Shown here piece after piece: positions 41,000 through 42,933 of a DNA stretch of 42,933 bases. This DNA is from Atractiella rhizophila. Lineage: Eukaryota. A program made the translations under genes and the position numbers. The stretch spans positions 1 through 42,933 of the forward strand of contig MU271573.1 of assembly GCA_021432655.1 (NCBI GenBank), given 5' to 3'. Below the pieces are notes generated by a model. That model did no database searches, had not been told where the DNA came from, and saw only the letters and a program-made list of their open reading frames with translations. Within the stretch, counting starts at the first letter, position 1. Each line of letters starts with the position of its first letter.

Positions 41000-42905
41000 T
41001 TAGAACAGGAGTTTTGTGCTAGAGGAATTCGAAGCAACACTGCCTTTGAAATTTGAATCGTCCGAACCAATCTGCCTCCCAAGGAGATCGAGCAGCGTTT
41101 GCCAGATGAGCTCAAGTCCCGTACCAATGACTTTTGGGTCGGAAAGAGTTTCAGAGGTTGTCGTGTTAGCTGTTTATCATTAAACAAGACGGTGGGACAG
41201 GTGGGAAATTCATACTGATTTGACATCCAGAAACGAAGGGGACTCCTTTGAAACGATCGATGAAGAAGTTTTGTACTTTTGGAGCGCCGAGAATGAATAG
41301 GCCCGCCTACGATTAAATCAGGTCGAGGAAACAGAGGCTTGGTCCATACGCACATGTTCTGCCAGTCCTACATTACGCTGACCAAGTTAAACATCTCAGT
41401 ATCTAGCGCGGGATGTGTCGGGAAGATGGAAAGCGTCACCTCGTATAACAAACTTGGGGCCCCATTTGCGCAGTAAGACTTGACCATTGTCTCAACGTCT
41501 CCCACCGGTATACTACAGATGTGAGGAAGTAAGAATTAAGTAAAAGAATTAAAGGTGACGCACACTTCATCATGGAGAGCGTGATAAACGTAAGTTGGCG
41601 CCTGAGGCGTTTCACTTTTCACGAGTCCCAACGTGTTCTCGGTAGTCACCGCCTAAATCTCCTCTTCAATCGAGTGATTCTACATGCGAGCTAAGAGCGG
41701 ACCTTCACTTGAGGCAACGAAAGAAGATTCTTTCCGGCCGTAGTCCAAATAGGCGATTGTGCAGTTTGAAATGGAAAAGCGAGCAGATCTGCAACGACAC
41801 AGTGGTTGTTTGAGAAATCGATGGCTCCTTTTCCAAAAGTCGTTGCAATGCTATGTAGGAGGTCGTTGAGCGCTGTTCTTCATTTAAGTGAAAAGCGATT
41901 AATGAGAAGTTAAACAAGGCAACGAACGTTGGTAGGCATTCATCAGGCCGGTGATACCTGCCACACCCAAGCCAGCGAAGAGGCCACCGTCGAGATTAGC
42001 CAGGGTGCCCGCTACATTGGCCGGCGTTCCACCTTGCTCGGTATAAGTGCCGTGAAGCTGTCGGAAATGGTCTTCCTCACCTTGCGAAATTCCAATGATG
42101 TTCAGCTCCGGCGCGTACTTTATTGCGTTCTCCGTCAGTGGGCTGCAAATGAAAGAGGCAGAACGCACAGTCGGCTGAAGAGCTCCTGCCCATCCACTGG
42201 CAATTGCTCCCCTTGAGAGTTAGGATTAGTCGTGCGTCAAAGGATCTGGAAGAGAACGTACCCAGAGTATCCAGAAATTCCAATTTTTGTGTCAGCCGCC
42301 AGGCCCAACTCGGCGAAATTCAAAGCTGCTCGAATTCCGTCCAAAACTCCTTTCCCGCTGAGCCTTCCCGCCGCAAAGGCATTGTTTGGACCTTCATAAT
42401 CTGAGGAGACAACGGTCCAGCCTTGGTTCAGGAAGCCCTCGAGCAGGAGAAACTCGAAAGAAACGATGCTTGGTATTTGATTGTTTCCGGACTGGAAAGC
42501 GTACGACGGAGCACAAATTGAGCCAGTAGCGTCCTGAGCAGTGTTATACGCTACGAGATTTGGTTTCAAATCACTGGTCTTTGGCTTAAAGACTGTTGTA
42601 ACGGTCGCCTGCAAATTCATCAATTCCCTTCATAGAGAAGCAGAAATATGAACCATAGCAGTTCCATTGTGCGATTCAGTCCTGTAGAGAAGCTGCCAGG
42701 CTGTCACATTTTGAGGTACCAGTCCTAAAACCGCGACATTGACAGAGCGAGTCTTGAATATTGCCCCCAAGGCAGCGCTCTCAAAGCCAGCCGGGGGACG
42801 GTAAAAGGGGTCTGAAGCGGGGGGAGGAAGCGCACGCGGCGCGAGAGGCACAGCGAGCGCTTGACTCCAAACAGCGAAAGAGAGGAGGAAGGAGAGGAAC
42901 TGCAT
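41000..42905 (-). CDS. Secreted lipase, LIP (Candida antarctica lipase A / Candida LIP-like) family, spliced
   Basis: Signal peptide, PPASDPFYRPPAGFESAALGAIFKTR, AWQLLYRT, CAPSY, GWTVVSSDYEGP, VLDGIRAALNF, nucleophile GYSG|G, YAPELNIIG..GGTPAN. Stop at about 41000. Confidence 0.92.
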
Positions 42906-42933
42906 TTTCTGTCCACAACAACTTGAAGCAGCT

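Overview
Eukaryotic, intron-rich fungal DNA, inferred to be basidiomycete-like from the many 45-70 nt GT-AG introns and the gene families present. Because genes are spliced, the ORF track shows only exon fragments, so I reconstructed gene models by hand. In order: cold-shock-domain protein (+), sorting nexin SNX4/ATG24 (+), Zn2Cys6 transcription factor (-), short-chain dehydrogenase (+), COG0523/ZNG1 GTPase (-) head-to-head with XPB/SSL2 (+), DHA1-type MFS transporter (-), an SMC5 gene lacking its N-terminal head (-), a ~4 kb decayed block with a FunK1 kinase pseudogene (+) and a 95-bp direct duplication, MCM-binding protein (-), eIF4A-III/FAL1 (-), an intronless F-box/LRR-like ORF (-), GT17 glycosyltransferase (-), a small three-repeat protein (+) and a secreted LIP-family lipase (-). 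No rRNA, tRNA, CRISPR array or intact transposase was recognised. The most notable observations are the head-less SMC5, an SDR whose peroxisomal signal (AKL) sits on its own terminal micro-exon, a three-repeat 'PPTxKQ..FA..L...KTKGE.S.FI' protein, and a 556-nt eIF4A-III intron with candidate poison exons. Coordinates were counted manually and may be off by a few bases. No database searches were run.
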